In this document: one piece after another, positions 1 through 8,501 of the stretch | Layout: each line of letters starts with the position of its first letter | Numbering within the stretch: the stretch's first letter is position 1 | IMG/VR virus record: IMGVR_UViG_2974630626_000001 | Location: 7,021 to 71,020 of that record | Length of the DNA stretch: 64,000 nt | From: a virus | Lineage: Duplodnaviria > Caudoviricetes | Reading direction: 5' to 3' (one strand) | Made by a program: the position numbers and the translations under genes | The notes under the pieces: model-generated | Seen by the model: the letters and a program-made list of their open reading frames with translations, nothing else | What the model was told of the DNA's origin: nothing | Databases searched by the model: none

Positions 1-2
1 AC

Positions 3-206
3 AACGGCGGACGGGTCCGGGACAAGGGCAAGGCTGCGGCGGCGGCCCCGAAAAAGGGATCCGCTGCGTCTTCCGGGCTGAGTACCCGCAATGCCTTGAG
101 CATGACGGGCGCGGACAAGATCAAGGCCGCCGCAATCATGTTTGGCACTGGCTCGAAACAGCACGCCGCTGCCAAAAAGAAATTCGCAGCAAAGAAAGGC
201 AAATGA
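3..206 (+). CDS. 5'-truncated Lys/Ala-rich basic protein
   Basis: Open frame from the window edge (NGGRVRDKGKAAAAAPKKG...KKKFAAKKGK) to TGA 204-206, one base before the next ATG. Confidence 0.6.
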   Translation, partial: NGGRVRDKGKAAAAAPKKGSAASSGLSTRNALSMTGADKIKAAAIMFGTGSKQHAAAKKKFAAKKGK

Positions 207-207
207 C

Positions 208-594
208 ATGCCGGTAAAACGGGACGCTAACGGGCGGTTCACCACCAGCGGGGGCACCAAGGTGGGCAGCCGGTCAGCGAAGAAAGCCAAGGTGGCTGGA
301 CACAAGAAAGCCGTCCAGGACAACAAAAACGCCCAACACAACCTTGCACAGGTCCGCAAAAAGGCCGAAAAGGACGATGACCGCGCGTGGCGCAAGGGCG
401 ACAAAGAGGCCATGAAAAAGACCGAGGCGCACCTGTCCAAGGTGGGCAAGGGCATGGACAAGCTGCTGGACAAGCAAAAGGCGCTTGGTCAGAAATCCTC
501 CACGGGTGGCCGCAAATTGCTGCCGTTCAAAAAGGAAGTGGCCAACAAAAAGGCGCAGGTCAAGAAACGCCGCGCCCGTCAGGGGAAGGGATAA
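208..594 (+). CDS. Highly basic 128-aa protein with N-terminal RDxxGRF motif, head-module associated
   Basis: ATG 208 directly follows the upstream stop. MPVKRDANGRF..., very Lys/Arg-rich; precedes the protease gene. Confidence 0.7.
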   Translation: MPVKRDANGRFTTSGGTKVGSRSAKKAKVAGHKKAVQDNKNAQHNLAQVRKKAEKDDDRAWRKGDKEAMKKTEAHLSKVGKGMDKLLDKQKALGQKSSTGGRKLLPFKKEVANKKAQVKKRRARQGKG

Positions 595-597
595 GCC

Positions 598-2031
598 GTG
601 AAGTTCGCAACCGTTGAAGGCGTGCCGCTGGTCAAAACCGGCACCTGGTCCGCGTCTACCGGACCCAAGGCTGTGACCAAGGAAGACCTGGCCGCAATCG
701 TGGAGGCCCACGAGTCCAACGTTCTTGACAAGGGCGTGCTAAAAAAGGGCCACCTTGACCCCCGCCATGAGAACCCCACATGGGACGGTGACCCGGCCTA
801 TGGACAGGTGGACAACCTCCGCTTGTCCGAGGACGGCGAAACGCTGCTGGGTGACTACATCAACGTGCCGGAAGACCTGGCCGAGTCCTTGCCGTCCGCG
901 TATCCGAACCGTTCCGCGGAAATCGCGTGGGGCGTGGCGATCAAGGACGCTGCCGGGAAGGTCACCAAGCAATTCAAGGCAGCGCTTGCCGGCGTCGCCC
1001 TGTTGGGACGAACGCCCCCGGCTGTGAAGGGCTTGGGCGGCCCGGTTTCGGCGTTCTCCGCTGCGTCGGTGGAGTACGAAAGCATCGGCGTATTCAGCAT
1101 GGTGTCTGAGTTCTCCTTGCCGGGTGGGCTGACCGCCAACGCGCTGCGGGAAGCTCTGACCACAGCCATTAATGAGGAATTCAAGTCACCCAAGGGTGAC
1201 GGCGAATATGCCGAGTGGCCGTGGATGATCGACTACGACGACACCAAGGCGTGGTTCCGTTCCAACGGCGGCGTGTTCCAGGTGGGATACACCGCGTCCG
1301 AGGCTGGGGAAATCACCCTGAATGACGACGTGACCGAGGTAATCGAAAAGCGCTCATTCGTTCCGGTCCCCGCTTCCGACACGGCAGCCGTCCCACAAAC
1401 GCAGCTTTCTGAAAAGCAAGCTACAGACGTACCAGGTGCTAACGGCACCACCAACGAAGCTACTAGGGAGGAAACCTCCATGTCTGAGTTCCTTATCAAG
1501 CTCCGGGACAAGCTTGGCTTGCCTGACACGGCCACGGAGGAAGAAATCCTTACTGCCGCCGCGTCTGCTGTCCCGGAACCCGCAGAAGACCCCGCCCCGG
1601 CCACTGACAAGGACGGCAAGCCCGTTGTTGAGGTTGCCGACGAAACCAAGGCAAGCGCTGGCCGTCACGCAGCCCCCGCCGATGGTGGCGCCCCCAAGAC
1701 CGTGGCCGTCTCTGAGGTTGCTTTCAATGAGCTCCTGGAGTCCAACCGCGCACAGGGCGCGCAGATTGCTGCGCTCACCCAGAACAACCGCACCCGCGAG
1801 GTCAACGGGCTGGTTGAGGGCTACATGAAGGCCGGGAAGATTCACCCCACGGAAAAGGCGTATTTCGCCGCCGCCCTGGAGTCCAACGAGGCCGCTACCC
1901 GGAAGCTGCTGGACGAACGCCACGGCATCCCGGTGGAACCCATCGGTTCCCAGAACGTCGACAACGTTTCGTTCAGCGAGGGCGAGAACTTCGACGCCGC
2001 TCTCGACGTGTTCAACCTTGGAGGTAAGTAG
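598..2031 (+). CDS. Capsid maturation protease / scaffold (Mu gpI-like)
   Basis: N-terminal motifs GHL, AYGQVDNL, YPNRSAE, LAGVALLG-PPAVKGL. Acidic helical C-terminal scaffold region; sits upstream of the decoration and capsid genes. Confidence 0.85.
   Translation: MKFATVEGVPLVKTGTWSASTGPKAVTKEDLAAIVEAHESNVLDKGVLKKGHLDPRHENPTWDGDPAYGQVDNLRLSEDGETLLGDYINVPEDLAESLPSAYPNRSAEIAWGVAIKDAAGKVTKQFKAALAGVALLGRTPPAVKGLGGPVSAFSAASVEYESIGVFSMVSEFSLPGGLTANALREALTTAINEEFKSPKGDGEYAEWPWMIDYDDTKAWFRSNGGVFQVGYTASEAGEITLNDDVTEVIEKRSFVPVPASDTAAVPQTQLSEKQATDVPGANGTTNEATREETSMSEFLIKLRDKLGLPDTATEEEILTAAASAVPEPAEDPAPATDKDGKPVVEVADETKASAGRHAAPADGGAPKTVAVSEVAFNELLESNRAQGAQIAALTQNNRTREVNGLVEGYMKAGKIHPTEKAYFAAALESNEAATRKLLDERHGIPVEPIGSQNVDNVSFSEGENFDAALDVFNLGGK
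1389..1422 (+). promoter_or_regulatory. Late-type promoter (CGTCCCACA box), internal to protease gene
   Basis: CGTCCCACAA-N18-CAAGCT; same spacing as five other copies. Confidence 0.65.
1480..2031 (+). CDS. Nested in-frame scaffolding protein (183 aa)
   Basis: In-frame ATG 1480 preceded by strong SD GGGAGGAA and by an internal late-type promoter; analogous to Mu gpZ and lambda Nu3. Confidence 0.6.
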   Translation: MSEFLIKLRDKLGLPDTATEEEILTAAASAVPEPAEDPAPATDKDGKPVVEVADETKASAGRHAAPADGGAPKTVAVSEVAFNELLESNRAQGAQIAALTQNNRTREVNGLVEGYMKAGKIHPTEKAYFAAALESNEAATRKLLDERHGIPVEPIGSQNVDNVSFSEGENFDAALDVFNLGGK

Positions 2032-2033
2032 AA

Positions 2034-2414
2034 ATGGCCAAGTACCTCAACGCCACGGATATTGTCCGCGATCCGGCGAAGAACTACACCGCTAAGGCCG
2101 GCGCTTCCGCCGTCCGTGGTCAGCGGTTCGTTTCGTTCATTGCTGGCGGCACCCGCGAGGTTCCCAAGGTGGCTGAGTCCACCGCGACCTCCGCGACTGT
2201 CGGTGTGAGCAAGTACGACTTCGCCGCCAACGACGAGGGCGGCATCATCACGGGCGGTCAGGTTGGCGTTATCGCCGGCGGCGCCGTCGCTGTGGGTGAC
2301 CGCGTTGTTTCCGACGCCCAGGGCCGTGCCGTCAAGGCTGCGGACGGTGCGCCATACGTCGGTGTTGCTTACACCGACGCCGCCCTCGACGCCGTTGTTT
2401 ACATCGCGTTCTAA
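2034..2414 (+). CDS. Capsid decoration/cement protein (DUF2190-like)
   Basis: 126 aa Ala/Gly/Val-rich with GGAVAVGDRVVSDAQGRAV motif; lies between scaffold and major capsid gene. Confidence 0.75.
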   Translation: MAKYLNATDIVRDPAKNYTAKAGASAVRGQRFVSFIAGGTREVPKVAESTATSATVGVSKYDFAANDEGGIITGGQVGVIAGGAVAVGDRVVSDAQGRAVKAADGAPYVGVAYTDAALDAVVYIAF

Positions 2415-2436
2415 GCCAAGAAAGGCATAAGAGAAA

Positions 2437-3333
2437 ATGACTACTCTCACCTACCCGCCGCAGGGTCCTGTCGTCAACGGGCGCGAAATCACCGTTGATT
2501 GGGCTCTCAAGCAGCCGACGTTCATTTCCAAGGCTGTCAGCCTGGCACTGACGGGCCGTTTCATTTCCGACTACATCTTCCGTGCCGGTAACGCCGCTGC
2601 GGGTGCCGTGGTCTACGAACGGACCCTCGGCCCGAACGAGAAATACCCGGTCAAGGGCGACGTCCAGATCGTGGAACCGGGCGACGAGTTCCCGCTCGTT
2701 GACATTGGCGAGGTTTCCCGCGAAACCGCCATGGTTGACAAGTTCGGTGCCGCCGCTCTGATCACCTACGAACAGATTCGGCGCAACCAGCGTGACAAGG
2801 TGACTGAGGCCGTCACCAAGATTGCCAACGCGATCCTCCGCAAGACCGACACCCGCGCCATGGCCGCACTCGCTGCGGACCCGGACAAGCTCACGGTTCC
2901 CGCCGCTGCTGCTTGGGGCACGGGCACCCCTGACCCGTTCGCGGACATTGTGGCCGCTGTGGGTCTTGGCGAAGGTCAGGAACTCGATTACAGCCTGGAT
3001 ACCGTCCTGATCAACCCCACGGACGCCGCCAAGCTGCTCAAGAACCGCGACATTCGCGACCAGTTGCCCCGCGAAAACGCAGCCCTCAACCCGCTGCTGT
3101 CGGGCCGTCTGGAAGGTCTTGCCGGCCTGTCGTGGATTCAGACCAACCGCAAGGCGGCTGGCTCGATCTACATTCTGCAGCGCAACATCACGGGTGTGCA
3201 CGCGGAAGAGCTCAGCACCTACACCCGCAACATTGACGAACCCGTCAATGAGCGCTGGCGGGTTCAGGGCGCGCGCGTTTCCGTGCCCATCATCACCGAT
3301 CCCAAGTCCATCATCGAACTGACGGGAATTTAG
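2437..3333 (+). CDS. Major capsid protein
   Basis: 298 aa with SD AAAGG...GAGAAA; gpE-like features (VEPGDEFP, KFGAAALIT, DTVLINP); synteny. Confidence 0.9.
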   Translation: MTTLTYPPQGPVVNGREITVDWALKQPTFISKAVSLALTGRFISDYIFRAGNAAAGAVVYERTLGPNEKYPVKGDVQIVEPGDEFPLVDIGEVSRETAMVDKFGAAALITYEQIRRNQRDKVTEAVTKIANAILRKTDTRAMAALAADPDKLTVPAAAAWGTGTPDPFADIVAAVGLGEGQELDYSLDTVLINPTDAAKLLKNRDIRDQLPRENAALNPLLSGRLEGLAGLSWIQTNRKAAGSIYILQRNITGVHAEELSTYTRNIDEPVNERWRVQGARVSVPIITDPKSIIELTGI

Positions 3334-3335
3334 TC

Positions 3336-3734
3336 ATGGCCCCCGCACGTCGTAGCGCATCCGATGCCCTCAAAGGCACCGAAGTGAAGCCGGAAGCCGA
3401 GGAAGGCAAGCTGCCCCTGGAAGCCGAGGAAGCCAAGGCATCCGAGGAAACCAAGCAGGACGCCCCCGAGGCAGACAAGGCCGCCGAGCAGGACGCTGAA
3501 AAGCAGACTGACGGCGACGCGGCCCCGGAAGCTCCCGAGGAATCCCCGGAAGCTGACGAGGACGACTCCGAGGACGAAGACGGGCTGGTGGAAGCCGTGG
3601 TGCTGTCCTCCATGTTCAACTACTTTGACGAGGAAGGTTCGCACTGCTCCGCTCTCAAGGGCGCAACGGTGCACCTCACCCACGAGGCCGCCGAGCGCGG
3701 CGTCAAGCTGGGTGCGCTCAAGGTCCAGGACTAA
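3336..3734 (+). CDS. Hypothetical acidic protein (head module)
   Basis: 132 aa, Glu/Asp/Ala-rich N-terminus; tightly packed after the capsid gene. Confidence 0.65.
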   Translation: MAPARRSASDALKGTEVKPEAEEGKLPLEAEEAKASEETKQDAPEADKAAEQDAEKQTDGDAAPEAPEESPEADEDDSEDEDGLVEAVVLSSMFNYFDEEGSHCSALKGATVHLTHEAAERGVKLGALKVQD

Positions 3735-3754
3735 GCCCCGAAAGGCTAACCAAC

Positions 3755-4258
3755 ATGGCTGAGGCCAGCACGTGGGGAGTCAGCGTCGATGATGTATCGG
3801 CGTTGGCCCCCCACATTGCTATTGCAAGCACTGAGGCGGTGCCCCCGGGCACGCCGGACCCATTCAACCAGTCCACGGTTCGGAAGGTCACGAACGGGCA
3901 AGTTGCTGCGTTCATTCAGGACATTTCCGCCATGGTGGACCTCCGATTGCACAGCCGCCACCGCGTCACGGACGCAGCGTTCGCCGCCAAGGTGGACACT
4001 GCCGCCGCGGACATTGTGACCAACGGGGCCGGGTCTTACCTCGTGGCCGCTGCGTTCCCGATCAAGGCGGGTGTCAGTGAGAACACCAACTACAGCGCCG
4101 AACTGTGGCGCCGCTACACCGAGGGGTTGGCGGCACTCGAAAAGGCGCTTGCTGATTTCATCAAGGCCGGAGACGGGGTGACCCCCACGCCGGGGGCTGC
4201 CGGACGTGTCAGCGGATACTTTCCGCCCATCCTGTTCCGGGACGACATGAGGTTTTAG
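3755..4258 (+). CDS. Head-to-tail adaptor
   Basis: SD GAAAGG; 167 aa helical protein; position after the capsid gene. Confidence 0.6.
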   Translation: MAEASTWGVSVDDVSALAPHIAIASTEAVPPGTPDPFNQSTVRKVTNGQVAAFIQDISAMVDLRLHSRHRVTDAAFAAKVDTAAADIVTNGAGSYLVAAAFPIKAGVSENTNYSAELWRRYTEGLAALEKALADFIKAGDGVTPTPGAAGRVSGYFPPILFRDDMRF

Positions 4259-4261
4259 CAC

Positions 4262-4732
4262 ATGAGTGCCATATTGCATTTCAGCGTTGAGGGCGGGGAA
4301 TCGTTCAACGTGATGCTTGACCGTTTTCAGGTCAACTTCACCGAGGCCGAACCCGTTTTCGAGGCCGCCGCCGAACACCAAAAGACCATTTGGCGGCAAC
4401 AGTTCGACCAAGAGGGCGCTTACACCGGAACCAGCCGGTGGTCTTCCTTGTCCCCGGACTATGGCGCGTGGAAGCAACGGCACTACCCCGGCAAGCCAAT
4501 CTTGCAACTCACTGGCGACCTGGTGGAGTCCATGACAGAACGGCCCTTTGGTGTGGACATAATCAGCCACAACCAAATGGTTATTGGCACAGCCGTGCCA
4601 TATGCGAGGTTCCACCAGGACGGCACGGAAAAGATGCCAGCGCGTCCGATTGTGCAAAAGCCGTCAGGGCGCGACCGGCTGCAATTCGCTAAGTACCTTC
4701 AGAACTGGATCGTGAAACGGAGTGTGACGTAA
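4262..4732 (+). CDS. Virion morphogenesis / neck protein (Mu gpG-like)
   Basis: WxxLSPxY...K...ILQLTGDL...IGT..PYARFHQDGT.KMPARP motif set. Confidence 0.75.
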   Translation: MSAILHFSVEGGESFNVMLDRFQVNFTEAEPVFEAAAEHQKTIWRQQFDQEGAYTGTSRWSSLSPDYGAWKQRHYPGKPILQLTGDLVESMTERPFGVDIISHNQMVIGTAVPYARFHQDGTEKMPARPIVQKPSGRDRLQFAKYLQNWIVKRSVT

Positions 4733-5355
4733 TGCTTGGAAGCGAGGGCGTTTCCCGGGCGCTGGTGTACCGGCTAATGGAACGGTTCCCGTCCAAGCTG
4801 CTGGAACTCCGCAACAGGCTGCAAGTGGACGGCTACGAACTGCCGGACGTTCAGCCCGAACACTTCTACCCCACCGAGGTCAACATTTTGGCCATTACCA
4901 CGTTCCCGTGCATTTCGGTGGTGTCCTACGAAACCACGGGCCGGGTTGGTAACCGACAGTTCGAGTCTGACGCGCTCTATGACGAATACAGCTACCGCTA
5001 CCGCATGCGGGTGTTCGTGTGGGGCATGGGCGACGGCGAGGTGGAAACCGACTTGCTGCGGAAGCGGCTGGCGTTGGCCGCCCGTGAGGTGCTGCTTAGC
5101 GGACTGATCCTGCATGATTCCAACGGACAGTATGCCGAGCTTGACCCGCAAACCCTCAAAGAGTCCTACAGCGACGTTGGGGAACGCGCGGCGGCCCAAT
5201 ACTTGGGCGGGGCGTACCTTGAGTTCGAGGTGGCCACGCAAGAGACGCTGGCAGCGCCCCAGGGCGTTGTAAGCGACCAACCGCCAACCATCACCCCGGG
5301 TATATCCCTCGTGGGCGTGGGCGACACGCACCCCGTCCCCCAACCGGAACCGTAG
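4732..5355 (+). CDS. Putative tail terminator / tail completion protein
   Basis: Translationally coupled (TAATG); FPCISVV motif; position just before the sheath gene. Confidence 0.55.
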   Translation: MLGSEGVSRALVYRLMERFPSKLLELRNRLQVDGYELPDVQPEHFYPTEVNILAITTFPCISVVSYETTGRVGNRQFESDALYDEYSYRYRMRVFVWGMGDGEVETDLLRKRLALAAREVLLSGLILHDSNGQYAELDPQTLKESYSDVGERAAAQYLGGAYLEFEVATQETLAAPQGVVSDQPPTITPGISLVGVGDTHPVPQPEP

Positions 5356-5367
5356 ACAAATAACCCT
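5334..5367 (+). promoter_or_regulatory. Late-type promoter, leaderless geometry
   Basis: CGTCCCCCAA-N18-AACCCT-N6-ATG(5374). Confidence 0.6.
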
Positions 5368-5373
5368 AGTGCC

Positions 5374-5676
5374 ATGACTGAAACAGTGAGGGTGTTCAAC
5401 CCCAATGCATTTGAAGTGGTCATTGACCTTGAGGGCCACGCCCTTGACGGCCACACGGCCACCGACGTGGGGCGGGACTCCCTCACGGACCACCTGATCG
5501 ACACCAACCAACTGCTGATTGTCCACCCCCCGGTGGCCGAGCCAGCGCCCCCGGTGTTGGTGGAGGAAACGCCGCCGGCGGACCCGGACGCGGTGGCAGA
5601 AACGCCCAAGCCGACAACCAGGCGGCGAACGAACACCGAGGCCACCGGCACCGGTTCTAAGAATGGAGAGAAGTAA
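5374..5676 (+). CDS. Hypothetical protein preceding sheath
   Basis: 100 aa, Pro-rich C-terminus; stop overlaps the sheath ATG. Confidence 0.65.
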   Translation: MTETVRVFNPNAFEVVIDLEGHALDGHTATDVGRDSLTDHLIDTNQLLIVHPPVAEPAPPVLVEETPPADPDAVAETPKPTTRRRTNTEATGTGSKNGEK

Positions 5677-7121
5677 TGGGAATTGGTGTTGAGGTAAGCA
5701 CCTCTCTGCGTACCGGCCCCACGAACCCGGGCATTGTTTCCGGGCGTCTGCAAATCGCCGGTATCACCGAGCGCGGTAACGCGTTCGAGTCCGTGCTGGT
5801 CCGCTCCCTGGCTCAGTACGAAAGCGCGTTCGGCACCCGTCAGGCATATGCGGCGAATATGTACGATTCCGCGCGCACGTTCTTCGAGGAAGGCGGATCC
5901 GAGCTCGTTGTTTCGCGTGCCGTGGGTCCGGCTGCCACCACGGGGTTCTTGAACATCAAGGACAGCGCCAACGTGGACACCCTCAAGGTGGCTGCGAAGA
6001 ACCCGGGCGCGCATTCGTCCGCGATCACGGTTGAAGTTTCCAACTCCGGTGGCTTTTTCGGCATCACCGTGAAGCGTGGCAGCGAAACCATTGGTTCCTT
6101 CCAGAACCTGTCCACCCCGGCTGACGCCGTGGCCGCTGCGTCCACGAACACGCACGTTGTGATCACGGACCTTGGTTCTGTCACCGCCGCCCCGGGCAAC
6201 CAGCCCAAGATTCTGGTTCCCACGGTCATGTCCGCTGGCACTGACGACCGCGCGAGCGTTACGGCCGCGATTGTGGCCGCCGCGCTGGCGAACCCGGGCG
6301 TGGTCACCAAGGGCGCTGCTGTGGCTGCCCCCGGCTATGCTGCATCGGTCATTGGCTCGCTGCTAATTGCCCACGCCAAGGCCACCAGCAAGGTTGCCTT
6401 GCTGTCCCCGGCTGCCGGTGCTACGGCCTCCGCTGCGGCTGTGGAAGCCAAAGCCCTGGTGGGTGCTGACGGCGCCTATGCTGGCGTGTTCTACCCGCAC
6501 ATTGTCATTCCTGACGGCAACGGCACCCGCACGATTTCCCCGGAAGCCTACATTGGCGCTGTCCGTGCCCGGGCGCACGTCACCACTGGCTTTTGGGCTG
6601 TCCCTGCCGGCGAACGTGCCCTGCCGCGTTGGATCGTTGGCACGGTCACCCCGGTGGACCGCCCCACGAACAACACGCTGGCTGACTCCCAGTTGAACGG
6701 CATCGTGACCGTGGGCGGCAAGCCGCGTCTTTACGGTTGGGCGTCGCTGGCAACTGACCGTGACAACCTTGGGTTGCTGTCCGCCCAGGACTCGCTGAAC
6801 AACCTCACGGTTCAGGTGGAGAACGAACTGGAAGAGTTCGTTTTCTCGACCATCGACGGGCGCGGCATCCTGTTGGGCCGTATCGAATCCGCCGTTACCG
6901 GAATCGTGGATCCCATTGCACAGGCCAATGGTTTCTACCCGGGCAAGCGTGACGGTGAAATTGTTGACCCCGGTTACCGCGTGACCGTGGACGAAACCAT
7001 CAACACCGCCACCAGCTTGGCAAACAACGAGGTCCGTGTGGCCCTCAGCGTTCGCCTTGCCCCCACGGCGGCGCTGATCAAGGCCGAAATCATCAAGGTT
7101 GCCCTGACGGCAGCCGTCTAA
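5676..7121 (+). CDS. Contractile tail sheath protein
   Basis: 481 aa; N-terminal PGV-type region, GITERG, YDSARTFFEEGGSELVVSR, C-terminal VALSVRLAPTAALI sheath-like end. Confidence 0.9.
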   Translation: MGIGVEVSTSLRTGPTNPGIVSGRLQIAGITERGNAFESVLVRSLAQYESAFGTRQAYAANMYDSARTFFEEGGSELVVSRAVGPAATTGFLNIKDSANVDTLKVAAKNPGAHSSAITVEVSNSGGFFGITVKRGSETIGSFQNLSTPADAVAAASTNTHVVITDLGSVTAAPGNQPKILVPTVMSAGTDDRASVTAAIVAAALANPGVVTKGAAVAAPGYAASVIGSLLIAHAKATSKVALLSPAAGATASAAAVEAKALVGADGAYAGVFYPHIVIPDGNGTRTISPEAYIGAVRARAHVTTGFWAVPAGERALPRWIVGTVTPVDRPTNNTLADSQLNGIVTVGGKPRLYGWASLATDRDNLGLLSAQDSLNNLTVQVENELEEFVFSTIDGRGILLGRIESAVTGIVDPIAQANGFYPGKRDGEIVDPGYRVTVDETINTATSLANNEVRVALSVRLAPTAALIKAEIIKVALTAAV

Positions 7122-7141
7122 CCCAAGAAAGGAACTGAGTC

Positions 7142-7549
7142 ATGACAAAGACAACCAAGCGGAATTTTATTAGCACGATCTTGGGTATCCCGGGCACCTG
7201 GTCCACCCACACGGGTGGCGCGTTGAACTCTGACGTGGTGCGCGATTACGACGGCGGGGCCACCACCCCTGACCTGATCGGTGGAGCTCCCACGGCGGAC
7301 GACCTGGAGCTCTCCCGGTCCTTCGACCCGGTGCGTGACCTGGAACTGCTGGCCAAGCTCCGCAAGGAAGTTGGCCGGGGCCGGTACACGATCACCAAAC
7401 AGGCCACTGACGCGACTATGACCAAGGTGGGCAAGCCGTTGACTTACGCCAACTGCTTGCTGCTGTCGGTCAACGACCCAGAATCGGACTCGAATAGCTC
7501 CGATACGTCGCCCATCACGGTGAAGTTCGCCACGACGGGCGCCGTCTAA
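7142..7549 (+). CDS. Tail tube protein
   Basis: 135 aa beta-rich, SD GAAAGGAA; directly follows the sheath gene. Confidence 0.8.
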   Translation: MTKTTKRNFISTILGIPGTWSTHTGGALNSDVVRDYDGGATTPDLIGGAPTADDLELSRSFDPVRDLELLAKLRKEVGRGRYTITKQATDATMTKVGKPLTYANCLLLSVNDPESDSNSSDTSPITVKFATTGAV

Positions 7550-7564
7550 GGACGGGGAAGGTGT

Positions 7565-7722
7565 CCCACCCGGACTGGCTGGGGAACGGGTGGGCTGAAC
7601 AGTGGGGCGGGGTGCGTCCGAGTTGTCCGTGCTTGGACACGCGCCCCGTCCCACACCCATTTAACGAATCGGGCAATCCTTGGTTCAGATCACCCCGCAA
7701 CGGGCTGGGTGGCAAGGACTGA
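7565..7722 (+). other. Structured intergenic region (candidate cis-RNA)
   Basis: CCCACCCG/CGGGTGGG hairpin 7565-7594; long G-U-containing hairpin 7602-7654; TTCAG...CTGAA-closed hairpin 7684-7723. Confidence 0.35.
7647..7680 (+). promoter_or_regulatory. Late-type promoter upstream of tail assembly chaperone
   Basis: CGTCCCACAC-N18-AATCCT. Confidence 0.6.
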
Positions 7723-7737
7723 ACGGACAAACAGGCC

Positions 7738-8313
7738 ATGACTGAGGCAGTAGAAACCACTTACGGCACGATCCCCGCAGCGGCCGGCGCTCACGCCGCC
7801 GCACCGGAACCCCAGCGCGCTGCGTACTTCGCAGAATCCACCCCGGAAGCCCCCGCCCCGGTGGAGCGCGAAGAATCCCCGCTGGACGTGCTGCGTGCCG
7901 AGGCCAAGCGCGAGCTTGAGCGTTTCGTCACCTACAAGGTGGAAGGCCGCGAGGGTTTCGCGGTCAAGTTCTCCACCGTCCTGGAACCGGAAGATATCAA
8001 GCGCTACGGCAAGAATGCGCAGGGCCGGAAAAAGGATCCCAAGGACGCGGACCAGATCATTGCCGCTGGTCAGCCTCTCGTTGAGAACAACCGCGCCATT
8101 CTGCAAAACGGCAAAATCGTGGTTGCCTCTGACGGCGAAGACCTCACCTTCCAGCACAAGGAATTCATCGAACTGTTTGGTGAGTCCCTTGGCGCCGTCC
8201 ACGCCGTCCGCAAGTTCCTGGGACCGGGCCAGCTGCTCTCCATGGGCGGGGAACTGTTCGCGGAAGCTGGCTATGGCTCGGACGTTGAATCCGTGGACCC
8301 TCAGAGGCCCTAA
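7738..8313 (+). CDS. Tail assembly chaperone (G-like)
   Basis: 191 aa between tube and tape measure genes; ends ...VDPQRP. Confidence 0.75.
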   Translation: MTEAVETTYGTIPAAAGAHAAAPEPQRAAYFAESTPEAPAPVEREESPLDVLRAEAKRELERFVTYKVEGREGFAVKFSTVLEPEDIKRYGKNAQGRKKDPKDADQIIAAGQPLVENNRAILQNGKIVVASDGEDLTFQHKEFIELFGESLGAVHAVRKFLGPGQLLSMGGELFAEAGYGSDVESVDPQRP

Positions 8314-8492
8314 TCGACTTCCTTCAGGACGACCACCGATTCCGCCGCATGGCGGTTGAGGCGGACATTCTGAGGCTAGACCCCGTAACCGTGGTGGACG
8401 AACCGAACCGCTTTTACCGGGCGGTAAGGTCCGCCGCGGCTTACGTGGTAGCCGAGTACAGGGCCGAACAAAAGAAACAACAGCAACGATGA
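8289..8492 (+). CDS. -1 frame extension of tail assembly chaperone (GT-like)
   Basis: The -1 frame is open 8289-8492 (SEALIDFLQDDHRFRRMAVEADILRLDP...QKKQQQR), fills the gap to the tape measure gene and lacks a good SD. Confidence 0.55.
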   Translation: MRGPSEALIDFLQDDHRFRRMAVEADILRLDPVTVVDEPNRFYRAVRSAAAYVVAEYRAEQKKQQQR

Positions 8493-8501
8493 TTTGGAGG
8501 G

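Noticed and set aside
7562-7571. TGTCCCACCC as another late box
   Set aside because: No NANNNT at the +28 position.
8308-8359. +1 frameshift at CCC-TAA ending the chaperone (SPP1/A118-type site)
   Set aside because: The +1 frame gives only about 16 Pro-rich residues, whereas the -1 frame gives a plausible helical extension reaching the tape-measure SD.
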